Assembly: GCF_002571385.2 (NCBI RefSeq)
Contig: NW_019217814.1
Coordinates: 362,417 to 425,170 of the forward strand
Length of the DNA stretch: 62,754 bases
Source of the DNA: Stylophora pistillata
Lineage: Eukaryota
Direction: 5' to 3'
Part shown: positions 14,622 to 27,300 of the stretch, one piece after another
How the letters are laid out: each line of letters starts with the position of its first letter
Position numbering within the stretch: the stretch's first letter is position 1
Made by a program: the position numbers and the translations under genes
The notes under the pieces: generated by a model
Told to the model about the DNA's origin: nothing
The model's input: the letters and a program-made list of their open reading frames with translations, nothing else
Databases searched by the model: none

Positions 14622-16122
14622 ATTTATCGAATAATTTTTTTTTGTTTTGAATTCCGTAACAAAGACATTGACGATCGGGGGACAATATGGAAATTAAACA
14701 CAAACAGGAAAAAATTCCTTTAAAATTAAGCCCCTCCAGTTTATGCGCATTTAAGCGAAGCGTTTAAGAAAAGTTTTCCAACTTATTTAAAATTAAGTTT
14801 ACAAACGAATCACAGCTGACTTAATAATTTGAAAGAGAGTGACGTAGTGTAAAGATATATATTTGGAATATTGAGATCTTGACCCAAGTAATATTTCGTA
14901 AGTTGTCGAGGGCTGGGAGCCATCTATTTATAGATCATAGTCATTGTAATTTTTTCTCTTCGCCTTCTACATTCAACTGGAAGGATCTACGTTACTAAAG
15001 AGCTTTACCATTTCATCCTCAAATAAGACAACAAAAAATTTTAACTAGTGTTTAAATTGTTCGTAATAAATTTAATAATTTTTTTGTGTGTGTTCAATAC
15101 TGATTTTCTATAATTATTTTAAAAGAATATCGTTCTAGCTTGCATATATTAATTATTGGCGCTTTTTGTTTACTGGGTGGCAGCAAATAAAGTCGTGTTA
15201 AGTAATCTCTGACCTAATGTGGTTTTATGAAATTCCTAATCCTGTTTTTCATCTCTTATAATCCTCTAGGTACAATTGTGGAATTTTCACTGTGAAAATG
15301 AATATGAAATAAGATGAGAAATCCTTGAAAATGGAAGCAGACATACAATCTTCGTCTATAAACTATAAGCTGCTAATATACCGTTGTATTTCACTTGTGG
15401 TCCTTGAGTGGAAACCGGAATTTTTATTGCGGTTTGTGAGAATCCGGACTGACGACTGACTGACTAATTATGATACAGTGTTTACTGCTGTAATAAAAAA
15501 TATTGATCCGAATTCTATTTAAAAATCAGAGAAAATGGAGTTTACCATTAGTTAGAGAGTCCTGCTTTTCTGAGAAAATCTGATCTGTACCGCTCAGGTC
15601 CGATTATTTGTGTGAGGGGAGTCTGGGGAGAGGACAAAGCTACTCTTGGTAGTAGGCTGGGGACATTATGGCTCAACGACTTATTGGCGCGTGAAGGCAT
15701 AATTAACAGCGACTTTTAAAAGTTCTATTAAACCGAAAAAGGTCGATTGATGTTTTGTTAGATTCATTTTATTTTGTTATCCTTCCTCTGCAACTGCAAT
15801 GGCGATATGTGATTTGCATCAGGCCGAAACAGCTTGTGTCATGTTTCGGTGTCAACTCGTATTTGTCCAGAGCCGGCAAGGTCAATTGTGGTTTACATAA
15901 TTCTACTAGCAACTATAAATATAAAGTCATCATCAGAAGATGGAGAGCTAAAATTCCATGTTGTTTCAAAACCTTCGAGTTCGAATTCAAAGGCTAATTT
16001 AATCCATTGCGGAAGAAATCGCACAATTGCTCGAAATTGAGTATAAATTTGGCGGCAAAAACAAGTCAATCGGTCACGCAAGCACGCAATCATCAAAACG
16101 GGCGAAACACATACAAGATTTA

Positions 16123-16415
16123 AAAGGTAAAGTGTTTACGAGCCCAGTGGCCCATTAGGCCGGTGCTTAACTCCGGTTTCTGTAGCATGAAGCGACTAGG
16201 AGTATTTCTACTCCTCCCTGGATGGGATGCCAGTCCATCGCAGGGTTACCCCCAGCATTAAATTGCCGGTACCCATTTATACACCTGGGTGAAGGGAGGC
16301 ACTGTGAGAGTAAAGTGTCTTGCCTAAGGACGCAACACAATGTCCCGGCCGGGGCACGAACCCGTACCACTCGATCCGGAGTCGAGCACACTAACTATGA
16401 GGCCACCGCGCCTCC
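16123..16415 (-). mobile_element. tRNA-derived SINE with 16-bp target-site duplication
   Basis: Minus-strand head GGAGGCGCGGTGGCCTCATAG (A box) and GGTTCGTGCCC (B box-like), with a SINE core TTAGGCAAGACACTTTACTCTCACAGTGCC...CCCAGGTGTATAAATGGGTACC. ACACATACAAGATTTA is repeated at 16107-16122 and 16416-16431. Confidence 0.9.
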
Positions 16416-17741
16416 ACACATACAAGATTTATGTACTAAATAATCATCCCTTGTGTTTAAGGGGGAAATTTTTCATTTCCTTATAAACCCATCAGTAATT
16501 TAAAACTCCACACCGCATCTCTTAATAAATTTCAGATCAAATCAATAGGANNNNNNNNNNNGGTGGGGTGGTGCGGCTCAAAAAGATGAAGAATATTTGA
16601 ACCAATCAGAAATTCATACCGCTTAAAATTTCTCGTCTTCTCCCCAACAACTTAATTGTTCTGTTATAATCATATCCCTCCTTAAGCTATTCATAACTGG
16701 CATAGGGAGGGAGACAAGGAAATCGAACTGAGAGAGCACAAGGTAAGGAGTGTGCTAAGCCGTACATGCAGGCTTTACTTCATACACTCACCCATCGCAA
16801 GCCTTCACATCATTACCCACTAAGATTAGTGATAAATGAAGAATTTTTCATCTTATTAAGTCAGTGAGCTGACAAGAAAACTTACGTGACAAGGATATGC
16901 TAAGCGCGGGAGTGGGTAAATTTAACCATGATTGGTTTGAACGCAATCATCAGTCGAGAGCGTAAACAAATGACCTTTATTTGTTAAAATGCTAACGTCA
17001 CCGGAAAGCTGTTTGGGAGCTCTGTGCATTTTCATTCTCGTCAGTTCCTGCGTAGTCCTAAAAGCCCACTGATTATCACGACTTCGACACCCCTTCGCGT
17101 TAATTTGTGAATTCCAAATTTAATTATGTGAAATTTTAGCTACGTTCTTACAGGTATTTGTATGTTGACTCACGCAATAGTTATAATCTCAACAAAACCA
17201 GGACACACCCCTATTTTCCCTCGTTTAAAATGATTATAATAGAAGCATTAAAAATGTAAGCTTTTTCATTCAGCATTTCTAAAGAAGGTGAAAATTCGAA
17301 AGTGAAATGTATTCCTGACACGGTATAGTCGCGAGTAAACTTCCGGTGATTCCTTACGTGACAAAAAAAAAAACATCATACTCTGAGAGATCCCATTGGT
17401 CACTTGCTCAAACCGGAAGCAAAATAGCCCATAGAACACGTAAAAACGGGAACATAATTTATTTTTCACTGGGTGACTTCGCACTTAGCGCGCGCCAATA
17501 TTGATTTCGAAAATGTGACCGACTACGGTAATTTCGAGACAAATATACTCACCTCAGTTATGAAATATTTCTGTGGGTAAATTCCATGGAGCAGCTTTCG
17601 AGTTACTTTGGGTTTCGATTCACCGATGACCGATGGCCAACCTTGTAGAAGTTTCCTAAATGGTTAATCAAGGTAAACAGCCTCAGTCTAACGTTTTTTG
17701 TTTCCAGTATCAGTGACAATATATTCGATTGATTTCGATAG

Positions 17742-20700
17742 TGCTTTAATCCTCCTGTTTTGACTTTTCTTCTAGTTGTTTTGGCTGTTGGTTTGGGTCT
17801 AGTCGCTGGATTGGTGGTGGTAGTTCTGTATTTACTATTACAGTATTTCCGTCAACGTTCTTCAGCAAATAATTATAAATATACCCAGCTGACATCTGAT
17901 CCTAGACTTCGCTCGCGGACGATAATCAACCAGGACATTCCACCATTCTATATTCCCCAGCCTGTCTCTATTCCACAACAACAGCCCGCGAACGGGGAAA
18001 TTCAACGAACTGGAAGCATTTCCAAAGAAGAGTATCGCCATGGCCATGCTCATTTGTCGGCGACAGTTCACAGTGTCAACGTGCGGCGCAAAGCGGAAGA
18101 TAGTGGTGGCATACAGTTGGATGCGATCAACACTGGAACAATCTCGCCTCCGTCCCTGACACCCAAATTGCCAAGAACCCCTAGGACTCCGCGAAAAATT
18201 TCGCACTCGCAGAAGCAATCCTCGAAAGAAAATCTCTCGATTCCGCTGCATAGGAAAGTCGCGGTTCACAAGAAAAACACGGAGATAAACTTGGGAAAAC
18301 TAGAGTTTTCACTTTATTACGACCAGTCATTTCGTTTACTGCAGATTTAAGCTACCCGTGGGATTAAGATAACGATTCTGGAGAGCGTTCACCCACCTGA
18401 TATACTCATCACTGCATCGATAATTTTAAACAGCAAACAAATTTGGGAACAGAAAACTCGTGTAGTAAAGAAAACAAACAACCCGCAGTTTAATGAAAAA
18501 CTGGAGGCATACGGAATAACTCCTGGAAAACTTTCAGAAAGTATGTTACGCTTTCAGCTGTTTGATACTCAGACGAACACAATTGTTGGAGATGTGGAGT
18601 ATGTTTTAAAAGATCTTCTGCCGAATAAGTTAACCACTAAAACTCTTCCCCTAATTCCAGTGGAAACAGATGAAACAGAATGCACCGATGAGGTATGTGT
18701 TGTGAAACTTGAGCGTAGATAAGTACATAATTAATATTTACTAATATTGCGTGACTATCAAATTCAGTTTTTCATAACATAGATTTGAAGAAAATATATC
18801 ACAATACTCAGAATTTTTGACGTTTGACAAAATCTACAGAATACTGAAGAAAGATTCATTGTTAATCGAGATATCAGAAACAGACAGAAAAAAAAAACGA
18901 GTTTATTTAAATGAGCGGATGTTTAAACAATGCAAAACACCAGAAAGTTCCTCGTTCCAATCTATTGAAATTTTCCCAAAGGATTCTGTCAGTGTCACAG
19001 TTTGACCCGAAGGTCTTCTGTTTTGCTCTTCAATTTTGCCGTGTAATTGAAACAAGCACGAACTAAGTCTGGTTTCTCTTGAAATCTCTAGTTTCCGTTT
19101 TTTTTTTTTTTTGGAAAAACCGACTTTAACTGCGCTCTGGATTTTAATAACAATCAGAAGAGCGGGAATTGTAACGATCGAGGGCGGCGATGACATTACG
19201 TCACTAAGGAGACAAATGTGACACCGTGACGTAAATGTTAAAATTTCCTTCTTCACTTCTTCATACTGACTAAAAACTTTTGAGACTTTTTCTTTCTCTT
19301 GCATCAAAACTTAAGTAGTTCAACACTTCCTTTCTTTTCAGTTCTTTTGATCTCAGCTCTCAGATGGCGATTTATTCTCTTATCTAAATTTTCTCTTCAC
19401 TATCGCTAGCGAATCGATACAACCGCACTGAGGAAAACTGATCGCTAAATATGGGTTGTTTTAAGTTGATTCAAGTGATATAGGTCTGGGGTACGCCTAA
19501 AGAAGTTTTAGAGGCTTGCGCTAAGTGCAAAGGTTGTCGACGTTATGGATACTGACGTAATGCAATAAAAAATCGAGATTTTTTCAACGTAATATTTTAC
19601 AGTGGGGGGTTCTATACCAGCGTCTGAATGAAATATAGGAGCATACCAGAGGGTCAATTACTGCACCTTTCAATCTCCCCCCCCTTCTACAAGGGAGGGG
19701 GGAGATCTACTCTAGCTGAGTCCTTGTTCATATACAGGAGCTTTTTCATTCATATCAGCAACAAAACAAAAGAGAACTTGAGCACAAAACCAGAAGAGGA
19801 ATAAAACTAATTCTGGCGCGTTTTGACGCTCAATGGATCGACTGTACGTGTAAAGTCGTCGTATTAGTATTTTAAGAAGAAATTGCGCGGACCAAAAAGG
19901 TGTAGTGAGAACTTTTAACTTCTGGCTGCGGTCCACGTTTTAAATTTTTTTCGCCTAAGCTCCCTAAAGACAGGTTAGAACTTACTGTCTTAAAAGAACT
20001 TTTTCCTCTACGGAAACCTCATCGCCCGCAGTTGAGCGTTTTGTTTGACTCACTTTCATTTCGGAAACGTAACTGAGATAATCAAAAACCGCCGAATCCA
20101 ACAAGCCACTTAAGGTGCCACTTGCCACTCCTTTGAGCCTAAAAAAGATGAACATTTCTCGGTTAGCTGGTTTTGAGGTCATCTCATCCGCCAGTACTTC
20201 AGCCAAAGACTCGACGCAATGTTTTGAGTTGATGTTGTCTGGCGGAGACAGAGAGGGACTTCATTTCGTTTCACTTTTGAAATCACATGTTGGTAATCGT
20301 CAACGGACAGCAATAGTCTGCGCATGCGTGGCCGACGTAAAAGGGAAATCGAAAGAAGAGTAAGAGCTTCGCGCTTGTAACAATTTTGCCATCTCCNNNN
20401 NNNNNNNNNNNNNNNNNNNNNNNNNNNNNNNNNNNNNNNNNNNNNNNNNNNNNNNNNNNNNNNNNNNNNNNNNNNNNNNNNNNNNNNNNNNNNNNNNNNN
20501 NNNNNNNNNNNNNNNNNNNNNNNNNNNNNNNNNNNNNNNNNNNNNNNNNNNNNNNNNNNNNNNNNNNNNNNNNNNNNNNNNNNNNNNNNNNNNNNNNNNN
20601 NNNNNNNNNNNNNNNNNNNNNNNNNNNNNNNNNNNNNNNNNNNNNNNNNNNNNNNNNNNNNNNNNNNNNNNNNNNNNNNNNNNNNNNNNNNNNNNNNNNN

Positions 20701-22185
20701 NNNNNNNNNNNNNNNNNNNNNNNNNNNNNNNNNNNNNNNNNNNNNNNNNNNNNNNNNNNNNNNNNNNNNNNNNNNNNNNNNNNNNNNNNNNNNNNNNNNN
20801 NNNNNNNNNNNNNNNNNNNNNNNNNNNNNNNNNNNNNNNNNNNNNNNNNNNNNNNNNNNNNNNNNNNNNNNNNNNNNNNNNNNNNNNNNNNNNNNNNNNN
20901 NNNNNNNNNNNNNNNNNNNNNNNNNNNNNNNNNNNNNNNNNNNNNNNNNNNNNNNNNNNNNNNNNNNNNNNNNNNNNNNNNNNNNNNNNNNNNNNNNNNN
21001 NNNNNNNNNNNNNNNNNNNNNNNNNNNNNNNNNNNNNNNNNNNNNNNNNNNNNNNNNNNNNNNNNNNNNNNACGCTAGCCGCGCAGGTTTAAATTTTCAG
21101 AACTCTAACTTTTAATTAATGCAACTGCCGTGTGTAAATCGAGGAGTAACTCTCGCTTGTCCTTTGCTTTTCCTGTGTATAGAACACATGGGAAGGTCGA
21201 CCATTATCGAAATTTCAAAGTCACAAATAACCTTCCATTACTTTTTCTGACATTGTTCGTTTTTTCAGGAGAAAATTGAAGATTTGTCCTCTGAGCTTGG
21301 TGAGCTGTCGATTTCTTTGTGTCACAACCCAACGGATCAAAAACTAATGGTAAAAGTAAACTGCGCCAGGGGCTTACAGCAGATTTCAAAGGACGGGAGA
21401 CTAAGTGAGTAAACCTTTCAGAAAAAAAAGAAGAAAGATATGGAACAAGATAATCTTCTTACATTTAAGGGCAGTGAAAATCTCTCCACAAAAACGACTG
21501 ATTAAAAACGTCTTAGATAGAGTATTTTAATCGATGATATATCGGAGTTTTCCCATATGGCGAAGCACAGCGTATCAAGGGGAATGAATGTACGATAAAA
21601 GAGAGTCAATCGTACAATAAACTGTTTAAATGTTAGATAACTTATTTAACTGTTGTGAAATATCTCTGTGCAGTTTGATTTGTCATTTCGGCTCACCTAA
21701 ACACTGAAACACTCTTGAAAAATGTTTGGTGGTAGCACACAGTTAATTGCATGGCCCAAGCAAAAGAAAACTGAAAAACACTTGGGGTCAAGCTTAAATA
21801 AAAAATCATTACTATTTGCTCTCTCGAAAAAAATTTCCATCGCTAACACCAATTATGTCTTTTTTCAGATCCATTTGTAAAACTAGAGCTCACATTCTGT
21901 GGACGGAAGCTAAGTACCAGGACAACAAAGACCGCTCATAACACTAGAACACCAAACTTCAGTGAAATGTACGTGTTCGATGTGAACTCAGACAAACTGC
22001 CCCAGATTACGCTGTTCTTCAAGGTCAAGCATCGTGGTATGATGCGTGACGTACCCTTGGGCACGGTACACCTTGGGTATTGCGTGAATGTCGAGAGCGA
22101 ATACAAGCACTGGGAACAAGCCATGGAAAAGCCTCACCTCGAAATAGCGCAATGGCACACTCTTCAAGAGTATTTTGTTGAATGA
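17742..22185 (+). pseudogene. Synaptotagmin-like paralog 4 (TM + C2A + C2B); exons about 17742-18692, 21269-21404, 21869-22185; in-frame TAA at 18348 inside C2A; start unresolved
   Basis: TM segment, then LGKLEFSLYYD...RLLQI*ATRG...KTRVVKKTNNPQFNE in one frame up to a GT donor at 18693. C2B exons GELSISLCH and NPFVKL...HWEQAMEKP...QWHTL. Intron positions and phases match paralog 1. Confidence 0.75.
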
Positions 22186-22933
22186 TTACAATTTTTCGTC
22201 CCCTGACAGTAAGATGAATTACACTGAAACAAGTAATGATAGATTTAAATGAATTTATTTGGGGTGAAAAATGCGTGGCCTGCGGTAGAGCTGGGTAGAA
22301 TCTAGATATCACAGGGGAAGATTTCTCATAAAACTGTCAGGTGGTAAAGCTTACAAATGTCATATGTAATTTGACTTTTTTTCAGAGAGAGAGATTTACT
22401 TTCTACGACCCCGATAAAGAATATTTTGTATGATAATCATACACATACGAACGCGAAGCGCGCGTGTCATCGATTTTCTGCGTGCCTGAACAGAAAAGTC
22501 GCCAGAAATGTGAATGTAAAGGACTTTATGCGGGTTGCTTTAAACCCTTTGAGAGGACTTAAAATCATTGTCGTCCTTTTATCTTAATAATATACAGAGT
22601 GATTTGTAAGCTGGACAATGCTAATACTGATGGGATTAATCTCTTTTGGAATATGATCGTTAAAAAGATATCTATTTTGTTGTGTGTGAAGGTTATTCGT
22701 TTGCCTAAAATATTTTACGCAAAAAAAGTTGACCGATGTTTGGATTTTTTATCACAAAAAAAAAAAAGGAAAACAAATCCTTGTAGATATGATATGATAC
22801 TTTTGTTCCCTTCCATTTAAAGAGTCTGAAATTTAGTCGCAAGTTTTATCTAATTTGTTTTTGGCAGGTCTGTTATTGCAGTCATTAAGTCTGTTATTGC
22901 AGTTATGAGTTCAAACAATGACAGTTCGTAACA

Positions 22934-23043
22934 ATTACAAAAGCTGACGTTTCGAGCGTTAGCCCTTCGTCGGAGCGAATTATTTCGTTAACCCCACCGA
23001 CGCAGCCCCAAACAGTTTCTTTAGAAACTATCAGCCTTTATAT
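22934..23043 (-). mobile_element. Short Penelope-like element fragment with a minimal hammerhead-type motif and 11-bp TSD
   Basis: AGTTCGTAACA at 22923-22933 and 23044-23054. Minus-strand TCCGACGAAGGGCTAACGCTCGAAACGTCAG. The rest of the fragment matches 26744-26804. Confidence 0.7.
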
Positions 23044-23860
23044 AGTTCGTAACACACTGTTATGATCAATAAAGTAGTTTAGCAATGTTTCTTCGTCTTC
23101 CTTTTGGTTCAAAGTTTAAAATTCATCTGGCGACAACGGCATTACAATTTAATTTATTTATAGCAGCAAGACGGTGCATTGATGGAAAATCCTTCTGTTA
23201 CGCATTCATTCTTACAAAGTGCTAATGGGTTTTCTACATTTAACTCAATGAACGATTTGAAACAAATATTTTTATAAAATATGCAGTGACCTTTCTCACG
23301 TTTCAGACCGTTTAAACACAGATGAAGTTTCTACCCTCACTTTCTAGCGTAAATTACAAGAAACTTGCAAAAACTCCGGAGAGAGATGTATAACGAAAAC
23401 AATGAATANGCTCTCCTTGCTCGAGGTCTCATACATGAGGATCTCAATGGAGTTACCTGTCAGCCGATAATATTGACAAATTTTAACCGTTAATCGTAAA
23501 AAATTTTAAGAATATTAACCGTTAGCCGTAAAGTGGCCAAGTGTTTCAAATTTCAAAATTTCAAAATTTCAAATTTTTAAAATCCATCACCCCACTGAAA
23601 CCCTCATACTCAGTCTCCCGCTGGCAAAGAAACGTTCGTGCTGAAGCACTATTAACCCTTGTACAGCCTAAGATCATTATGCATATTCTCCATACTGTTC
23701 TTTATACACTTCCTAAGGTGTTGTAAGGGGAATTTGTCTAACAATCAAGAGTTTTTTTAGTTGGTGATCATTTCCTCTATTCTCATAACCTTAAAGTGTG
23801 ATTCAGGAATGACATTGTAGCGAGAAATTAGATGCCAGTTTGCAGGCAGTCTGACACTAA

Positions 23861-24054
23861 TAAACAAATGGTAAACACCACAGCGCACAGTATTGAGTTA
23901 TGGATGCACGCGGGAGGTTGCTAAGCACGAAAGAAGCGTAAGAGTTGCTCGAGGCGATAGCCGAGAGCGACTCTAGCTTTTTGAGTGCTTAACAAACCTC
24001 CCAAGTGCATCCATAACTCAATAGTGTAAGCTGTGGTGTTTACCATTTGTTTTA
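23861..24054. mobile_element. Palindromic MITE-like element
   Basis: Long imperfect inverted repeats AAACAAATGGTAAACACCACAGC...TATTGAGTTATGGATGCAC and GTGCATCCATAACTCAATA...GCTGTGGTGTTTACCATTTGTTT. Confidence 0.75.
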
Positions 24055-24369
24055 TGACATGACATTGATACATTGTGGCTAAAGAGTTCCCTTTTATTTA
24101 ACAAAACAAGCGCGCGCGGAAAAATAGTCTTTGCATTTGCTCACATCAGCAACGTACACCCATGGGCAAATGGGGGACGCTAAATTGACCAATCAGAGCG
24201 CGCGCTTTACTTTGGTTACGTTATAATACTTTTTGCTTGCTTTCACACTTCCTCCTAATTCATGTGTTCCACGTCAGTATATTTACAAGCTCGTTTTACA
24301 GTTATTCACATTGTTCCTTAATCTATTTCCCCCGAGCTACTTAGAAAAGTGAAATTCCGCTCTGGTTTT

Positions 24370-27300
24370 CTAGTGATAAACTGATGTCATGACAGCCTCT
24401 TTCCCGCCAGACTCTTCGCCTTCTGGTCCTTGATAGAACTTCTCTTTTCCAAGGAGTCGCAAGCCTATGGGACGCAAGACTTGTTTAAGGTACCCGTGCA
24501 CGAACGTGCCTCTTGCTCCTAGCATTTGTGGGGCCATATTGTATAAGCTCTTCAGTGGGGACATAAAGGAATCAACCAAATCATGATCCACAATGTCAGC
24601 GTAACACGACACCCAAACACCGTCCACAATCATGGTCCCTTCCCGGGTAACTGGTGCAAAGGCTCCTAATCTTTCAGCTGTCGTAACTGACATAACCCCC
24701 TTTGCAATAGGAGCACGGTACGTTGAAACATGAACGAGGATATAGTCACCTGGTTTGATTTGGGACGCATGCACAGAGCGGAAGGTATTTCCTCCCAACT
24801 TAAGTTGGAACTCGAACACAAGATGAGCCTCACTAAGTGTGAGCTTAATGTTGTCTTCAGTGGTGATGGTGTAATAATGACCTGCACAGGAAGAAAATTT
24901 GCGCTGCATTTATGATTCTTTTTCATAACACCTTTTAATTTCTCTTAAGAGTCTTTTCAAACACAAGTCTCTCAGGACTAAAGTCAGCACCAGAATAGTA
25001 TTGGTTCCTTAGCAAAAGAAAAAAAAAAGCGTAGTCGGTGTTTAAATCGTATCGGTGGAATCAGAAATATTAGTGTTTGGGAGCCAATCAGATACTAAGG
25101 ATAGCCAGTAATTTCCAAACAAATGTAATTACAGCAAACACCTTTTCAAGGAAAACTTAAAAAATGAGGATAAGTTTTAGGACCAAAATTGGAACATGAG
25201 GGGATAAAATGATTCACGGGCACCACCTACCCTTGTAATCAGGCGCTTGATCCAAGAAGGTGACAACAGGACTAAAGATAATCTCGCCACCCTTAGAAAA
25301 GGTCTTGACTGTCTCTCCAATGGCAAGCTCACTGATGGGAATCTTCTTCCCAGATCTGAGCTCTACTTTAGCTTTCGAAGGGAAGCATGATTGCTGAACA
25401 TTGACGTTGATCCCGCAGCCGTCTAAAACAAAAGGGGGAAAAGAGTCATCGAGCTAATTAACTCAGGTGATTGATAAGCTACAAGTCTTCAACCGTGTCA
25501 TGCTCAATGACTGAAAATTTCAAAAGACGCATCTCAGATAGACGGGCTACAATTTTCCTTCAGATTTGTTCACTAGTATGCGTAGTTAGTGAAATGAATG
25601 GAAGTCGTAGCGAAGATGCTTTCGGTAGCAGGGTTCGAAACTGCCAATACTTAAAGGAAATTTCTGTAGCAGATTTGCTCCTGTTATTCCTTTCTCGTAC
25701 TCAAACCACTTACAGCCAACCGAGGTAAGCTTTCAAAGGGAAAGGCTCCTTTGACCAGGTTAGCAAGTATAATCTACATCATAAAATCATTCGGCCCAGG
25801 CGCTCAAATTGGCTAAATTTCCTCCACCCAAAATTTACTCCAATGTGTTTCTTCCACTTACCTGGTCGAGTAGGCCACAACTGAGCAGATAAGAAATTTT
25901 TGTGTTTAAGGACACCTTTAGCTTGATGAAATCCATATCCGTCCCACAGCAGAACGCTACAATCGTTGCTGTCATCTCCATCTTTAATGTCAACGAACAT
26001 TATCCCCTTTTGTCCACGAAAAACCGCTGTCTTGTTAGATACAACGGGCGCCCCATATTCTTCCTTGAGGTACTCTAACAGAGGAGCTCGTTCATAGAAG
26101 TAATGGTAGCCTTTCCGACCCTTCTTGCTTCCACTCCTTTCCGTTGTCACATTTAACACGGCGCTCATTCGCAGTATGCATGTGGCGTTCAATGGGAATT
26201 TAAGAACGCTTCTTTTACCCGGGAAAAGGTACTCTTTAACGTCCGAACCGTTGTAAAGCCCACCATTACGTTGATTGCCAAGATACATTTTTTGAAGGAT
26301 GGAGAAACGTGGCAGCATTTCTGTACACGCAATGAAAGTGCAAATGTTTTGAATCATGAAAGAGGTAAGTGGCAGCCATTACATTAACCTCGGTACGAAA
26401 AGGAAAAAGATCACAGCGAGGCTCCCACTCAAAGTCAAAGCCTTCAAAGAATAATCATGAATGCACGTTACAGCTTTCGCGCGCGGATCTCCTCATCGCA
26501 AAGGGATGCGGGATTCGATTAGCGTTCGTTGGAAGAGTAAAAAGTAAACAGGCACCTTTTCGAAAAAGACCTTGGAGATATTTTAGAAAACTCAGGAGCA
26601 TATCGAAGATTTCTTAAGTTCCTTTAAACAGACTTTTCGATCAAGTTTCCATCGGCCGGCTGCTTTTGTCGCATTTGATACGTCTCACTGGTTTAACTAA
26701 AAGGCGGTAGATTGGTATAAGGAACCAGACACATAATATTTTAAAGGCTGATAGTTTCGAAAGAAACTGTTTGGGGCTGCGTCGGTGGGAGTAACGAAAT
26801 AATTTGGATATATCAACAAAGTTGAAATGGTAAATTAGCCACCGTAATGATTACAAAAGCTGACGTTTCGAGCGTTAGCCCTTCGTCGGAGCGAATAGAG
26901 GAATTGTGGGTTGTGTGTGCTTTTCTGCCTTTAAAAGCACACACAACCCACAATTCCTCTATTCGCTCCAACGAAGGGCTAACGCTTGAAACGTCAGTTT
27001 TTGTAATCATTACGGTGGCTAATTTACCATTTCAACTTTGTTGATATATCCACATAATATTTTAGCTTTAAGTTTTAGTATCATGAGACAATAGACATAA
27101 AAATTTGTTGTTACATCATGGTGGGGATACCAAATTCGGTCTCCTCGCACCGTAAGCACTCAATGAAATTAAAACCATCACGAAAGTAAACAAACTGCGC
27201 ATTTGCAAAAATGAATAGAGCAATGCAGTATGGCACGGTTAAATGCATGTTAAAATGTTTCTCGAGCGCGGAAAGAATGTAGAAACGTTATTGCGATATC

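Noticed and set aside
16167-16443. Short ORFs on both strands
   Set aside because: They lie within the SINE.
20386-21078. 230-aa ORF
   Set aside because: Artefact of the N gap.
25862-26320. Bacterial contamination as the source of the Tae4-like sequence
   Set aside because: It is flanked by spliceosomal introns in phase with the signal-peptide and Hint exons and is embedded among animal genes and repeats.
26813-27044. Mirror-image 65-aa ORFs on both strands
   Set aside because: A by-product of the inverted repeat, not genes.
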